64,000 nucleotides of DNA from Balanoglossus misakiensis (lineage: Eukaryota > Animalia > Hemichordata): contig CM082595.2 in assembly GCA_040954595.2 (NCBI GenBank), positions 1,325,690 through 1,389,689 of the forward strand, written 5' to 3'. Numbering within the stretch: position 1 is the first letter of the stretch; every line of letters starts with the position of its first letter. Below the pieces are notes generated by a model. The model saw nothing but the letters and a program-made list of their open reading frames with translations. It made no database searches and was not told the DNA's origin. This document shows positions 62,701 to 64,000 of the stretch, piece after piece. Both the position numbers and the translations under genes were made by a program.

Positions 62701-64000
62701 TACATCATGATTACAATTGAATATGTAAATCATGTAGCTGGGGTTTGTGACCGTACTCGGAACTTCCAAAAGTATTTTGATATACTTCACAAATGTGTAG
62801 AATTGAATTGGAATCTTATCCTTAAGGTATCATCATTGGAGTGACCATCTATGGATTGGGTCATGCACGGTGACCTCAGTTGAGGTCAGTCACCTGTGTT
62901 ACCATGGTGGCCATTAAGAAACTGTGTAAAAATGTTACCATGCTACCATACACATCATTGCTAGATTAAATTATAAAGTCACAAAATAGGAGACACCTTT
63001 ATCAAATGGTGCGAGTTTCTAAGTCTTTCTCAAGATCTGACAGATACTTATAACTTTGGCTCTCTCAACCGACCTAAGTTTCTTAGCCATGCCCTCTGTG
63101 GCAAAATGTTAAATTATAATATTTTCAACAAATTTGGTATTATTTTTTATTACTGAAAAAAAGTGTTTAGAGAGGAGGTTTTGAAAGAATATGTGATTTT
63201 TCCGCTGTGTAAGTTGACTGATTTGAGCATCTCAGGTCTTTCAACTTTTCCCATTGAGCCATCCATGCCTGCAGAGATGATATCAGAGATTATACAAGGT
63301 TTATTTGACTTGGGAAGGGTAACAATTCAGTCGACAATTGAGACTACCTTTGGCGCTCTAGACATTTGGCTACTGTTATCACATAAGCCAATACTTTAGA
63401 AAGTATTCATCTAGTATGTATAGTTGAACAAATAAATGCCTGGGTAGCTCTTGCTTACACACTTGGCTACTGGACAGACTTGCTGGTGTAGACCGCAAAG
63501 TGTAGCTATGGGCGACTTCTCACTTGTTTAGAGAATTCAGACCTGGTCCAGTTACTACTAAGCAGAACAAGCCATCAATCGAGAAACTGAATGAAATATC
63601 GCCGTGAATAAGATCTGAAAGACGATTGTGACAGAGTAGTAAACGCTTGGTTCATTCATAGACGCGCACACACAGCCGACGGCCCGGGCTATTTTTATGC
63701 TGATTAGCTCTAAATCCCTTGTATTGTGCGGTGTATTGTTACACGCAGTGTTTCAGTCAACTACTAGTACTACACACAAGCACAGACCTAGCATTGCTGG
63801 CTAAACACCTCCAGTCTCCTTAGTCATCAACATGCAAAGTCTAATATGGACAAACTTGTAAGAAAGTTTTAAAACTTCTGTGGGAAGATAGTTGCAGATA
63901 GCACCGTTGTCGTGTGTCTCTGTCGGTGTCGACAGATATTTTCAAATGCAGTGTCACACTCTGGGTAAGTCTCAGTATTCCATTCTTGTACAGACATGCC

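Noticed and set aside
1-64000. CRISPR arrays, tRNA/rRNA genes, autonomous transposase or reverse-transcriptase ORFs
   Set aside because: None recognised by eye; a covariance-model scan would be needed to exclude small ncRNAs.

Overview
AT-rich eukaryotic genomic DNA with short GT-AG introns, most consistent with a bilaterian marine invertebrate (species not assignable from sequence alone). The first 48 kb is gene-dense, with ten spliced genes I could reconstruct by hand. In order: NIP7(-); a 488-aa protein ending in an SVBP (small vasohibin-binding protein) helix (+), followed 16 nt later by a separate ORF with a second SVBP helix; an acetyl-CoA hydrolase/acetate:succinate CoA-transferase (-); GMPS(+); PPP1R7/sds22(-); SLC33A1(+); ZMYND12(-); an unfamiliar ubiquitin-like + 4-TM + armadillo-repeat protein (-); a PRDM9-type gene with KRAB-like, SSXRD, zinc knuckle, PR/SET and C2H2 array (+); DFFB/CAD(-). 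Most are in head-to-head pairs. The last 16 kb holds no recognisable gene but has many RFX X-box motifs and several candidate first exons. Repeats include a ~90-bp TTAA-flanked piggyBac-type MITE family, a pogo-like MITE and an element with a 143-nt hairpin. Best leads: the tandem SVBP arrangement, the UBL-4TM-ARM architecture and the invertebrate PRDM9. Protein identifications are from recalled family motifs, not database searches; exon coordinates are hand-derived.
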